Below are positions 1-14,200 of a stretch of 64,000 nucleotides of DNA, piece by piece. The position numbers and the translations under genes are program-made. The first letter of the stretch is position 1. The number at the start of each line of letters is the position of its first letter. Source of the DNA: Macrostomum lignano (lineage: Eukaryota); contig NIVC01002732.1 in the NCBI GenBank assembly GCA_002269645.1, forward strand, positions 62,001 to 126,000, written 5' to 3'. The notes below the pieces were generated by a model. That model was given only the letters and a program-made list of their open reading frames with translations, was not told where the DNA came from and made no database searches.

Positions 1-385
1 CCTGCCTGTCTCTGTCTGTCTGCCTGTCTGCCTGTCTCTGTCTGCCTGCCTGTCTCTGTCTGCCTGCCTGTCTCTGTCTGTCTGCCTGTCTGCCTGTCTC
101 TGTCTGCCTGCCTGTCTCTGTCTGTCTGCCTGTCTGCCTGTCTGCCTGTCTCTGTCTGTCTGTCTGTCTGCCTGCCTGTCTCTGTCTGCCTGCCTGTCTG
201 CCTGTCTCTGTCTGCCTGCCTGTCTCTGTCTGTCTGCCTGTCTGCCTGTCTCTGTCTGTCTGTCTGCCTGCCTGCCTGTCTCTGTCTGTCTGCCTGTCTG
301 CCTGTCTCTGTCTGCCTGCCTGTCTCTGTCTGTCTGCCTGTCTGCCTGTCTGTCTGTCTGTCTGTCTGCCTGCCTGCCTGCCTGC

Positions 386-415
<30 letters not shown>
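1..415. repeat. (CTGT/CTGC)n compound microsatellite
   Basis: Direct reading. Confidence 0.95.
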
Positions 416-417
<2 letters not shown>

Positions 418-1204
418 TATTCTACCTTGTCATCTATATTGTCTATCAACCTGTCTATATAGTTGCTATATTCGTTTTCTATACCCCCTACAAAAATATT
501 TGGCCTATAAGTACAATTGTTTTAATTTTAAAATGTTTTACAGAGAGCCTAGCTTTATTGATGAGTGCATTAGTTGCTTAACACCTTGTTCTTAAAATAC
601 TAGTGATTCAACTATTAAAGTACTTCAGTGTGGTGTTGTGTAGTCATTACTGCGTTTGTGGTTTTTTAATGACGCGAAACAAAAAATTATAATATATCTT
701 GATGTCGTTGGACGTGTTATATAGTTCATAAAATTTAGCTAATTATGATGGCGTGTTTGCGTATCAATCTGGAGCAAAAATTAAGAGAAACTTCTTGTCA
801 ATATGCGGTATTTTCCAATTAGTTATCGTGTGCATGTGATTTGAAAGTTTTATTGCATCAATTTAAATTTGAAATCTCAGTGTACTGCGCAATGGGGCTT
901 AAGTGTCTGATATAATTGTTTTGCGCGAATAACTTGTTTAATAGGTATGAATAAATTATGAGTTTAAAAAGTTAATCAATTTTTTATCTTTGTATGAAAC
1001 TCAAGTCAAACTGGCGTTTTAAGTTTTAGCAATGCCGCATCTTTTTGTCTCCCAAAGCTGAAACTAAGAGGGTTAAATAGGTCCATTGAGAGCTGAAGCA
1101 GAAAGAAGCTAGACTCCATTTTCTTAGAAATAACCTGGCGGCAGGCAAAGGAACGTATATCTGTTGCATCGCTAGTGCGAATGCTGTAGAGAAATCGGAT
1201 TTTT

Positions 1205-1840
1205 TTTGACCGAATTTGTCTATGGCGAAACCCCATTCACCGAATTTGTCTATGGCAAAACTTGATTCACCGAGTTTGTCTATGGCGAAACCCCATTCAT
1301 CGAATTTGTCTATGGCAAAACTTGATTCACCGAGTTTGTCTATGGCAAACCCCATTCACCGAATTTGTCTATGGCAAAACTTGATTCACCGAGTTTGTCT
1401 ATGGCAAAACTTGATTCACCGAGTTTGTCTATGGCAAAACTTGATTCACCGAGTTTGTCTATGGCGAAACCCCATTCACCGAATTTGTCTATGGCAAAAC
1501 TTGATTCACCGAGTTTGTCTATGGCAAACCCCATTCACCGAATTTGTCTATGGCAAAACTTGGTTCACCGAGTTTGTCTATGGCAAAACCCCATTCACCG
1601 AATTTGTCTATGGCAAAACCCCATTCACCGAATTTGTCTATGGCAAAACCCCATTCACCGAATTTGTCTATGGCAAAACTTGATTCACCGAGTTTGTCTA
1701 TGGCAAAACCTCATTTGCCGAATTTTTCTATTGCAAAACCCGATTTACCTAATTTATCTATAGCAAAACCCTCTTCGTCTAATTTGTCTATGGCAAAACT
1801 CCATTCACAGAGTTTGTCTATTTATCTATTAGCAGCAGCA
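1205..1840. repeat. 30-bp minisatellite (tttgtctatggcaaaacttgattcaccgag)
   Basis: About 20 copies with ccc variants. Confidence 0.95.
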
Positions 1841-2030
1841 GCTAGTGTCTATGGCCCTAACCCCGGGGTTTTTAAGGGCCACGGAGAGGGCCCTTGCCGG
1901 TTTCCGGGTTATTTCTAAGAAAAAAGAGAATCGTAGGTCTGTTTTTGAATTTTGGATTGCGAAACCTTTTTTCATTGCTGTTTATACGGATGCAATTGTT
2001 ATTATAATTAATATATATGCAACCGCGCAG

Positions 2031-2285
2031 ACTCCGGAGCCCAAAGAGGTCGACAATAGCGGCCCGGATGTTAACAATTCTCAGGCTGATGACGCTCAAC
2101 TGGATCAGCAGCAGGAGGCCTCCAGCAATGTCGCGGGGATACACGATAGCAAGGAGGCTGAGTCTAAACCGGAAGATGACGCCGAAGATGATGATGAAGA
2201 GGATCCGGACATTAGTATTGGACAGTTTGTGTCCGGTAGTACCTCTCAGATGCCTGTGTCCGATGCGGCCGAGTCCAAGCTCAAG
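2031..2285 (+). CDS. RhoGEF exon, acidic low-complexity ([10 protein letters not shown]...ESKLK)
   Basis: cgcag acceptor, AAG|gtcagt donor, open frame, phase 0/0. Confidence 0.7.
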
Positions 2286-5200
2286 GTCAGTGGAGACTGA
2301 GAGAAATATGGTGGGAGAGAGTGGGGAATGATGTGGAGATAGAGTAGGGAGTGGTGGGAGATAGAGTGGGGAATGATGGGAGATAGAGTGGGGAATGATG
2401 GGAGATAGAGTGGGGAATGATGGGAGATAGAGTGGGGAGTGGTGGGAGATAGAGAGGGGAATGATGTGGAGATAGAGTAGGGAGTGGTGGGAGATAGAGT
2501 GGGGAATGATGGGAGATAGAGTGGGGAGTGGTGGGAGATAGAGTGGGGAATGTCGGGAGATAGAGTGGGGAATGATGGGAGATAGAGTGGGGAGTGGTGG
2601 GAGATAGAGTGGGGAATGATGGGAGATAGAGTGGGGAGTGGTGGGAGATAGAGAGGGGAATGATGTGGAGATAGAGTAGGGAGTGGTGGAGATAGAGTGG
2701 GGAATGATGGGAGATAGAGTTGGGAGTGGTGGGAGAATGAGTAAAAAGTAAATTGTACTAATATTCGGTTTGTATGTGTGTACATGTTTTTAACTTTACT
2801 TCTACGAGCTAGTAAATGATGTGATCTGCATCAGTACCTTATTTTTCCAATCATTTTATTTCGCCATCCATTTGACACTCTAACAAAGCTGATAGACTCG
2901 AAAAGAGCTCTACTTACTCTTGTATATACATAAGACCGAGCAGAAATGCTATTGATATACGTGTACAATCGAAATGTACAGCCGCGAGAGCAGCAGCACC
3001 GGCGTCGGTTTGATAAGCGACGCGATCAGAAGCAGAATCTGCAACAGCAGCAACTGCCGCTGTCAAAGCAGCAGAAAGTGCAGCAGCCGCTGATGGTTCA
3101 GCGGGCAAGGCGGGCGCAAGCAGCTGGTCGATCGCAGCAGCAGCAGCCTCAGCCGCGCGACTGTAGCCTGGACTCTGGCACTGTCAATCGCGTATGATGG
3201 CCACTCGATCCCTTATTGAGATGGATAATTTCAAACGTTTCGGTTGAGCCGTACAGATTGGCATTGCACGACTTTTATATTGCTACGATTATAACACTAT
3301 TAACTTGGGGCGGATTTGTGTGCTTTGTGTCTTGGAGACGTAACTAGATTGTGAAGGCGTGACTAGATCTAATTAGGCGTGGCTAGATTGTGAAGGCGTG
3401 ACTAGATTGTGAAGGCGTGACTAGATCTAATTAGGCGTGACTAGATCTAATTAGGCGTGGCTAGATTGTGAAGGCGTGACTAGATTGTGAAGGCGTGACT
3501 AGATTGTGAAGGCGTGACTAGATTGTGAAGGCGTGACTAGATTGTGAAGGCGTGATTAGATTGTGAAGGCGTGACTAGATTGTGAAGGCGTGACTAGATT
3601 GTGAAGGCGTGGCTAGATTGTGAAGGCGTGACTAGATTGTAAAGGCGTGACTAGATCTAATGAGGCCGTGACTAGATCTAATGAGGCCGTGTGCTTTGTG
3701 TCTTGGAGACATGACTAGATTGCGTCTAGATTTCGTCTAGATTTGGGAGATCTAATGAGGCCGTGACTAGATCTAATGAGACCGTGACTAGATCTAATGA
3801 GGCCGTGACTAGATGTAATGAGGCGGTGACTAGATGTAATTAGGCTTGGCTAGATTGTGAAGGCGTTACTTGATGTAATGAGGCCGTGAATAGATGTAAT
3901 GAGGCCATGACTAGATCTAATGAGACCGTGACTAGATCTAATGAGGCCGTCTAGATTTTAGGAATTAGAGCAGATGGCTAAATGTTATAAACACTAAAAT
4001 ATGTAGTAGAAAAGACGATTCTCAAGGTAGTGAACAGAGTAGAAGGAATGAAGTAGGGAAATAATAGTTTGCATAAATCAGTTGACTATAGCAGATTTTA
4101 TTATGTTACTAATCTCTTGAATGTGCATGCACAATTAGTTGAATGCATTGAGCTTCACATATGCAGCGCATAAAAAAGCACATCCAAAGTGCTTAGATAT
4201 CACACACGCCAGCACACACGAGAAAAAAACTTATCTACAAAGTATATATCTTCGTTAGCAACTTTTATTTAAAACACAGTATAATAACTGGAAGGTGGCT
4301 TAAGTTAGTACACTGTCTCTCGGTTTTTCTCGATAAAGAGCAATCGTGTGCTCTGTCTATGTGCCTTTTTTAGCGTGGAGTTATAACTCATTCTCCGATC
4401 TGAATAATCGTGTCAGTGTGTGTTTCTTCACCAGTATAAGATTAAGAATTGGCAATATAAGGTGAAATATACAATTAGCCATAGTCTGCCAATCTTATCT
4501 AGCCAAGTTGGTTTATATGATATTTACAGCAGCTGTTAGAGTTGCTTAAAGTGGCACCAGTAAACTAGCAAAGTTTGATGAATGCGCCAATCTAATTTAA
4601 ATTAAAATCATGCTAGTTTTTGCATGATCGTGAAATTGACTTCAATTCTGATTAACAGTAGAAAGTAGCGAACAACGCTGATACTGCCCTTTGAAAGCGT
4701 TTGCGTGACAAGAGTCGCTAAAGATTCAATACTAATAACTCACTAGTGATTAGCGACTATGGGGAGCGACTTTTTCCACTTTTTTAACGAGAAGTTGTAG
4801 AATCGGAAGCTACTCGTCCAAGAGTCTTGTTAGCGCCTAACTACTCTAGTAGACTAAATAGAGTTGTTGTTATTTAAAGCGACGCAGATGCGCTTTGGAC
4901 ACAACTCAGTGATTCTACCAGCAACTCCAGCACGCCTCAGATAGGACTCTACGGCTCCAGAGTCGTTTCTGAGTTGCAGACAGTAAAGCGACTCTTTGAA
5001 GACTGTTTGGCTACTTGTGCCGTGACGTTTCGTAGTTTTAAAGTTGTCTAGAGTCACTTCTTTCTTATGAGGCGACGCAAGTGACTCCGGGATGCTTCTT
5101 GGTACCGTTTTCATCGGGCTGTGCGTAAGGCACACGTTCACACAGGGTTGTACAGCGCCCTGAATTCGTCATAGACAATGTAACACTCTGTGCCTTGAGG

Positions 5201-8200
5201 GCTGGCCCCTCATGCGCGAAAAGCATCTGGTCAATTTATGTGCACAAGCGAGAAATCAACCTCTGGGTAAACCAGAGTCTTAGTCTTAGAGTGTTGCGTT
5301 CTGATAAAAAGTGCGAATTGAAAAGTAGACGGTGTCCTTTTTTAAAGTCGCTATATTTGGAATATGATATTAACATTTCGTCGACAATGTAGTTATTATT
5401 AGTAATCCTAATCAAAGAACTGAAACTTTCCCAGGCCCTAATGGATGCATTCTCGGATGTGCAACAGTTAAAGCAAAATAAGCCTATGCTGATGCTGTTT
5501 CTTCATCTGCTGCTGTCTCGGCCAAATCAGTCGGCTGAAAACTCTGGCCGAGAGTCGCTCAGACCTTTGGTGAGTTTCAACTCAATTGTTACTTCATCTA
5601 GAAAGAAAAAGTGCAAAATCGCTTGTTAGTAAATCTATTAGTGAAATGTAAGAGACCGATTGGCCTACTTTGTGCAAAATAGCAAGGCGATGGCCATAAA
5701 GAACGAAATTTATCTTGAGTGAGTGACATACAGAGTGAAAAGCTTCAAATTGAGTTACATACAGAGTGAAAAGTTCCAAATTGAGTGACACACAGAGTGA
5801 AAAGCTCCAAATTGAGTGACATACAGAGTGAAAAGCTCCAAATTGAGTGACAGAGTGAAAAGCTTCAAATTGAGTGACATACAGAGTGAAAAGCTTCAAA
5901 TTGAGTGACATACAGAGTGAAAAGCTTCAAATTGAGTGACATACAGAGTGAAAAGCTTCAAATTGAGTGACATACAGAGTGAAAAGCTTCAAATTGAGTG
6001 ACATACAGAGTGAAAAGCTTCAAATTGAGTGACATACAGAGTGAAAAGCTTCAAATTGAGTGACATACAGAGTGAAAAGCTTCAAATTGAGTGACAGAGT
6101 GAAAAGCTTCAAATTGAGTGACATACAGAGTGAAAAGCTTCAAATTGAGTGACATACAGAGTGAAAAGCTTCAAATTGAGTGACATACAGAGTGAAAAGC
6201 TTCAAATTGAGTGACATACAGAGTGAAAAGCTTCAAATTGAGTGACATACAGAGTGAAAAGCTTCAAATTGAGTGACATACAGAGTGAAAAGCTTCAAAT
6301 TGAGTGACATACAGAGTGAAAAGCTTCAAATTGAGTGACATACAGAGTGAAAAGCTTCAAATTGAGTGACATACAGAGTGAAAATCTTCAAATTGAGTGA
6401 CATACAGAGTGAAAAGCTTCAAATTGAGTGACATACAGAGTGAAAAGCTCCAAATTGAGTGACATACAGAGTGAAAAGCTTCAAATTGAGTGACATACAG
6501 AGTGAAAAGGTTCCAAATTGAGTGACATACAGATTGAAAAGGTTCCAAATTGAGTGACATACAGAGTGAAAAGTTCCAGACCGAGTCACATAAAAGAGTG
6601 AAAATGTTTTCAGACCGAGTGACATACAGAGTGAAAAGTTTCCAGACCGAGTGACATACAGAGTAAAAAGTTCCAGGACCGACTGACATACATATCGAAC
6701 TTAATTTTTTATTAGCTATTCGATCTACTGGTGGACGATTGGACCGCCACCTCGGCCTCCCTGAAGACCAAACACGCCAGACGAGCAGCCTACGAAATTT
6801 ATTCAACATTCCTGCACCCGCAAGCTCCCCTGTCGCTGTCGGTTGCTATGCAATCAATCGAATATAGCGAGAAATTTGAAGAAAGCCTGGCAGACGCTTC
6901 TCAGTCTGTTTCTCGCCTGCTGGAGTCCAGCGGTCAGGATGACGGCACCAAAGCACAGCTGGCGTTGTGTTTCGATAAAGCGCAGGTGAGTTCTCGTGTC
7001 TGCTGAGTCTATCTATATAACTCACCCTCTTGTACTCTTCTAATGTCTCATATCTTACGGAGGCGTTGCCATGAATTTTAAGGTGGGGGGACAAAGCCAA
7101 AAATTCTACATGTACATGTACATAATTTTCAGAAGTGGTGTTGTCAGCGCTCATTTTGGCGCCACAGGCACTCATTTTAGCGCCGCTTTTGGTTCCGCAG
7201 GCGCTATGTTTGTCGCCCTGAAGCAAAATTATTGATTTCCATAGCGGGTCACAGGGTTGGAGGGGGGCGAAGCATTGGCATGCCCCCCCATAGCTTTTAC
7301 TGGGGGGACATGTCCCCTCTGCCCCCCTCGGTGGCGACGCCTCAGATATCTTATTTTATATCTCTAATCTACTATTGATACCTGTCTCATCCCTAAACTT
7401 TTATCTCATCTCTAATCTCCTATCTCATCTCTAGTCTGCTGTCTCATCTCTAATCTCCTATCTCATCTCTAGTCTGCTGTCTCATTTCTAATCTCCTATC
7501 TCATCTCTAGTCTGCTGTCTCATCTCTAATCTCCTATCTCATCTCTAGTCTGCTGTCTCATCTCTAATCTCCTATCTCATCTCTAGTCTGCTGTCTCATC
7601 TCTAATCTCCTATCTCATCTCTAGTCTGCTGTCTCATCTCTAATCTCCTATCTCATCTCTAGTCTGCTGTCTCATCTCTAATCTCCTATCTCATCTCTAG
7701 TCTGCTGTCTCATCTCTAATCTCCTATCTCATCTCTAGTCTGCTGTCTCATCCCTAATCTCCTATCTCATCTCTAGTCTGCTGTCTCATCCCTAATCTCC
7801 TATCTCATCTCTAGTCTGCTGTCTCATCTCTAATCTCCTATCTCATCTCTAGTCTGCTGTCTCATCTCTAATCTCCTATCTCATCTCTAGTCTGCTGTCT
7901 CATCCCTAATCTCCTATCTCATCTCTAGTCTGCTGTCTCATCCCTAATCTCCTATCTCATCTCTAGTCTGCTGTCTCATCTCTAATCTCCTATCTCATCT
8001 CTAGTCTGCTGTCTCATCTCTAATCTCCTATCTCATCTCTAGTCTGCTGTCTCATCTCTAATCTCCTATCTCATCTCTAGTCTGCTGTCTCATCTCTAAT
8101 CTCCTATCTCATCTCTAGTCTGCTGTCTCATCCCTAATCTCCTATCTCATCTCTAGTCTGCTGTCTCATATCTAATTTCCTATCTCATCTCTAGTCTTTA

Positions 8201-11200
8201 ACCATATTTAGCCTCTCCATATCGTTCGTTTTTCATGTTCTCAAGTCACTGATTCATTAATGAATAAATAAAGAAACGTCTGCTCGCCGCGCAGAACGCC
8301 GTCCGACCAGCCCTGGCCAATCTAGTCTCATCAGCTGGCGCCTGGCTTCGGGCTCGTCAACGCGACGGTTTCGACGTACTCGGCGGCGGCGACTTCCTGC
8401 CGCCCGGCTGCGAGTCCGCCATCGCCAGTCTCCTACGCGGTGGCGGCGGCGTCAGCTCCAGCAGTTCTGACGCGCAGCGCCTTCTCACGGCTAAACTGCA
8501 GCCTCATCTGTCTGAGCAGCTTCGCCTGTTGCGCCAGCAGCCCGGCTTAGGCGAACAGCTGATAGCCAGCTGCTTGGCTACAATAATGGCGCACAATTTG
8601 AAAGTTGGCCAATCAGATATCGGGGCCAGTGTTGACAGCCTCACGTCCGCTGTCGATGCTTCTTCGATGGCGTTGTCTGGGCCGTCTTCGTCTCTGTCCT
8701 CCGATCATCATCCAGTCGGTCAGCAGCTATTCAACTGTCAGCGGAGCAACAGCGGCGCGGCCGGCTTGGTTAATCGGCAACGACTGTCCATCTTTACTGG
8801 CAGTCGGTCGGAGAAAACCCGCTTCGGGTCGCATTCCGTTGAGCTGGCGTCCTTTCACAGCATCAGGCACTGCGTCTCCTGCAAGGCTCTGCTGAGTGGC
8901 CCGGGGCCGCAGGGATACCTGTGCACCGGTGAGCTGGGTTTTCATGGCTGAATTGAGCTGGGATCTCATGGGTAAATTGAGCTGGGATCTCATAGCTGAA
9001 TTGAGCTGGGATCTCATGGGTAAATTGAGCTGTGATCTCATGGGTAAATTGAGCTGTGATCTCATGGGTAAATTGAGCTGGGGTCTCATGGCTGGATTGA
9101 GCTGGGATCTCATGGGTGCTCCCCTCCCATAATTGAGCTGTGATCTCATGGGTAAATTGAGCTGGGGTCTCATGGCTGGATTGAGCTGGGATCTCATGGG
9201 TGCTCCCCTCCCATAATTGAGCTGTGATCTCATGGGTAAATTGAGCTTGGGTATCATGGCTGAATTGAGCTGGGATCTCATGGGTAAATTAAGCTGGGTT
9301 CTCACCGCTGAAATTGAGCTGGGATCTCATGGCTGAATTGGGCTGGGATCTCATGGCTGCCCCTCTCCCAAAATTGGGCTGGGATCTCATGGCTGCCCCT
9401 CCTATATAACTAAGCTGGGATCTCATGGCTGCCCCTCCTATATAACTGAGCTGGGATCTCATGGCTGCCCCTCCTATATAACTGGGCTGGGATCTCATGG
9501 CTGCCCACCCATCACTTTTACAACAGGCGAATGCGGTCACACAATTCATCGCGTGAAAGACTGCGCTGACAAACTGGCCGCACTACCCTGCAAACGGAAC
9601 TCCAACAAAAGCTTATCAAGTGAGTGCAACTGCTGACGTATTTGTTTTGTTAGTTCTTCCGGTTTCCATTTCAGATTTACAGATCGTTTTTGATTTTTTA
9701 CATTCAATTCATTATAGTATTTAGTTTTGTTAAATTATACAAGCGAAATTATGTCATCAATTTATTACTAATTACTTTGTACAGCCAAGCGACCCAGACC
9801 TGCTTCGTGTATAATACGCGAGGACCAAGGTGAACAATCAGTGCTAAATTTTGTATAGAAATTCATAGTCTGTTGTTGTTGTTGCTTTTAGTTTCTTTGC
9901 TTTGCCTGAGGTAAATGTTACTACTAATATGGCTATTTATTGATTATTTGGCTGTGATAATTCTTCATCTGCTTTCTCGATTCATACTGTGAGGCAATAG
10001 TAAATTATTAATTCCTATTGAAATTTGATTTGTCATTAGCGAATTTTTATTAAATAGGCGCACCCCAATTTAGCGACTGCTGACACCCAAATTTAGCGTA
10101 TGCTGACACCCTAGTTTAGGGACTACTGACACCCTAGTTTAGCGTATGCTGACACCCTAGTTTAGCGACTGCTGACACCCTAGCTTAGCGTATGCTGACA
10201 CCCTAGTTTAGGGACTACTGACACCCTAATTTAGTGACTACTGACACCCTAGTTTAGGGACTACTGACACCCTAGTTTAGCGTATGCTGACACCCTAGTT
10301 TAGGGACTACTGACACCCTAATTTAGTGACTACTGACACCCTAGTTTAGGGACTACTGACACCCTAGTTTAGCGTATGCTGACACCCTAGTTTAGGGACT
10401 ACTGACACCCTAGTTTAGCGACTGCTGACACCCTAGCTAGTTTAGCGACTGCTGACACCCAAATTTAGCGTATGCTGACACCCTAGTTTAGCGACTACTG
10501 ACACCCTAGTTTAGGGACTACTGACACCCTAGTTTAGCGACTACTGACACCCTAATTTAGTGACTACTGACTCCCTAGTTTAGCGCTCCCTGACACCCTA
10601 TTCTAGCGACACCCCTAATTTAGCGCCCCCTCACACCGTAAATTGGCATTTCTCGATGCCAAATATTTTATAATTTCGCATGCATAAAAATTAATTTATT
10701 AAACGCTGCATCATCATCATCATACTACTAATAATCTATAAGTAGTTTTGTATCGCATTCCATTTTTATTTCGTACACGCGTTACCTGACTGGTGCACTT
10801 TTAGTTAGCGGTATAAGAGTCTTTCTTCTATTTGTTCCCTCTATTCTACTCGCCAATTGTCTCTGACAGTCGGTAAGACGAAAAGCTTTCGCGGTAAGAG
10901 CTCTTCTTCGTCGACCAATACCGCAACGAAGGAGCATCGCGTCGAATTCCAAACCGACGCCGCCGCCGGTGGCCGGAAAGGCTCCGCCGGTAGTGCATTG
11001 GCGCCGAGTCAGCTGACTATCGCGGCGCCGCAGCAGCCGACTTCTCCGCTCTCGCTTGAGCCACTGACGCCTTCGGAAAGCGATCCTCCCAGCACGCCCA
11101 CTGCGACCCGGCTAGGCTTGCCTAACATTTTTGGCGTCATTACCAATAAGAGGCCGGCGTCTACTATGCTCTATTCTAGTGCTAATGATTCTGCTGCTGG

Positions 11201-14200
11201 CGATCCGGCCTTGGGTAATTTCTGCATTCAGAGTTAGTAAAATCTAATCTCTCTAATCTCGTGTCTAATCGCATTTCTCACTCTCATGTCTTTTCTCTAA
11301 TCTCTCTAATCTCTCAGTGTCATGTCTATCTAATGTCTCAGTCTCATGTCTATCTAAACTCTCTGTGTCATGTCTATCTCATATCAGTCTCATGTCTATC
11401 TAAACTCTCTGTGTCATGTCTATCTAATCTTTCACTCTCATGTCTATCTACATGTAATCTCTCAGTCTCACGTCTATCTAATCTCTCAGTGTCTATCTAA
11501 TCTTTCACTCTCATGTCTATCTACATGTAATCTCTCAGTCTCACGTCTATCTAATCTCTCAGTGTCTATCTAATCTTTCACTCTCATGTCTATCTAATCT
11601 CTCAGTCTCATGTCTATCTAATGTCTTAGTCTTCGCATACTCAAAACTGAATTGCTAACAATCATACTAGTTAACACAAGTGGTGCTAATGAGGTAAAAT
11701 TAAAGTTAAACTTGAAACGCCTGCTAATTGCGGTTTCGTAACTAAAAATAAAAAAAAATTTATAACCACCATCTAACCTGTAATAAAAGTAACAATACTA
11801 TAATGAGCATATTAATAATAATTGGTTGAATTTGCGGTTTGTCTCAATGCGACGTTTTTTATGTCGGTGTGCTTGCTTCGCACCTTTTCCCGCCGTTTTG
11901 TCTGTCTTTAATTACAAATTGCAAAGTTGCTACTTCTGCTTGCCTTCGTAAGTAATATATTTATACTTTAAGCATATAAACAAATACTGCAGCGCGCCAA
12001 TTCAATTAAATGCAATACAGAATTTTTAATCCTATTGTGCACTGGTGCATGATTTGTCCCATCGTTTGCTATGTTTATATGATCATCTCGTCATCTGCCC
12101 AGTGTGCGCTCATTGCGTGACCTTTGCCCTCCCCGACCATCTGCAGCCGACTTGATGCTGGCGCCTCCGCCAGCTTCTCTGCCGGCCGCTCGCAGCGAGA
12201 CAAATGTCGGCCCGCTGGATGCCGATGACCAGCAGCCGCCTCGGGCTGGCAGCTTCAGTGAGTGGCTGTGTGTCTGGCTGTGTGTCTGGCTGTGTGTCTG
12301 CCTGTGTCTGCCTGTGTGTCTGCCTGTGTGTCTGCCTGTGTGTCTGGCTGTGTCTGCCTGTGTGTCTGACTGTGCGTCTGGCTGTGTCTGGCTGTGTGTC
12401 TGCCTGTGTGTCTGGCTGTGTCTGGCTGTGTGTCTGGCTGTGTGTCTGGCTGTGTGTCTGGCTGTGTGTCTGCCTGTGTCTGCCTGTGTGTCTGCCTGTG
12501 TGTCTGCCTGTGTGTCTGCCTGTGTGTCTGCCTGTGTGTCTGCCTGTGTGTCTGCCTGTGTGTCTGCCTGTGTGTCTGCCTGTGTCTGCCTGTGTGTCTG
12601 CCTGTGTCTGGCTGTGTGTCTGACTGTGTGTCTGGCTGTGTGTCTGGCTGTGTGTCTGGCTGTGTGTCTGGCTATGTGTCTGCCTGTGTGTCTGCCTGTT
12701 TGTCTGCCTGTGTGTCTGCCTGTGTCTGCCTGTGTGTCTGACTGTGTGTCTGGCTGTGTGTCTGCCTGTGTCTGCCTGTGTCTGGCTATGTGTCTGCCTG
12801 TGTGTCTGGCTGTGTCTGGCTGTGTGTCTGGCTATGTGTCTGGCTGTGTGTCTGGCTATGTGTCCGCCTGTGTCTGCCTGTGTGTCTGGCTCTGTGTCTG
12901 GCTGTGTGTCTGACTGTGTGTCTGGCTATGTGTCTGGCTATGTTTCTGTCTTTCTGTTTGGCTGTCTGTGGTTGTGTGTGTCTTTCTGTCTGCATCTGCG
13001 AGTCTGTCCTGCTGTCTGTTTGTCTTGTCTGTCTGTCCAGCTCCCCTCTGCCTTGCTGCACAGCCAGTTTTTCAATCGCCCATGCGAATCCGTCGCCATG
13101 CAGGCCGAGAGCTGGCGCCTCCCTCTAGCGGCGTGGCTGTCGGCCGTTCCAGCAGCGACAGAGAGACGGGCGGCAAAGCCGACCACGTTCGATTCTTCTC
13201 TTCTCCCGCTGATAAGAAGGTAACGGTTAAATAAGAGTCTGACATAGTCAATAAGAGTCAGACAGGGTCAGTAAGGGTCAGTAAGAGTCAGGCAGGGTCA
13301 GTAAGAGTCAGACAGGATCAGTAAAAGTCAGAAAGGGTCAGTAAGAGTCAGACAGGGTCAGTAAGAGTCAGATAGGGTCAGTAAGAGTCAGACAGGGTTA
13401 GTAAGAGTCAGATAGGGTCAGTAAGAGTCAGAAAGGATCAGTAAGAGTCAGATAAGGTCAGTAAGAGTCAGACAGGATCAGTAAGAGTCAGACAGGATCG
13501 GTAAGAGTCAGATAAGGTCAGTAAGAGTCATAAAGGGTCAGTAAGAGTCATAAAGGGTCAGTAAGAGTCAGATAGAGTCAGTAAGAGTCAGACAGGGTCA
13601 GTAAGAGTCAGACAGGGTCAGTAAGAGTCAGATAGGGTCAGTAAGAGTCAGACAGGATCAGTAAGAGTCAGATAAGGTCAGTAAGAGTCAGACAGGATTA
13701 GTAAGAGTCAGACAGGATCAGTAAGAGTCAGACAGGATCAGTAAGAGTCAGACAGGGTCAGTAAGAGTCAGACAGGATCAGTAAGAGTCAGACAGGGTCA
13801 GTAAAAGTCAGAAAGGGTCAGTAAGAGTCAGACAGGATCGGTAAGAGTCAGACAGGATCAGTAAGAGTCAGACAGGGTCAGTAAGAGTCAGACAGGGTCA
13901 GTAAGAGTTAGACAGGGTCAGTAAGAGTCAGACAGGGTCAGTAAAAGTCAGAAAGGGTCAGTAAGAGTCAGACAGGATCGGTAAGAGTCAGCCAGGGTCA
14001 GTTAGACTCCGACAGGATCCGTAAGAGTCAGACAGGGTCAGTTAGAGTCATACACAGAACAAGAGGGAACGATCTCGCTCCACTGGATCTGCAATTCCGC
14101 AGGACCCAGACTCGGAGCGGCAGAAGATCTACCAGAGCATCAGCAGTCACGAGAACATACAGAACGTGCCGTCAGACTTCGGTCAGTACATTGTGCAGCA

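Noticed and set aside
1026-1763. Overlapping ORFs with MAKLDSPSLS repeats
   Set aside because: Translation of a 30-bp minisatellite in several frames and strands.
4854-5141. Minus-strand 95-aa ORF or an extra RhoGEF exon near 4890-5050
   Set aside because: No recognisable motif; the open + frame does not fit the phase-0 chain between 3191 and 5435.
12104-13223. Cys/Val/Leu-rich metallothionein-like ORFs
   Set aside because: Microsatellite translation; only 12147-12257 and 13041-13219 have splice support.
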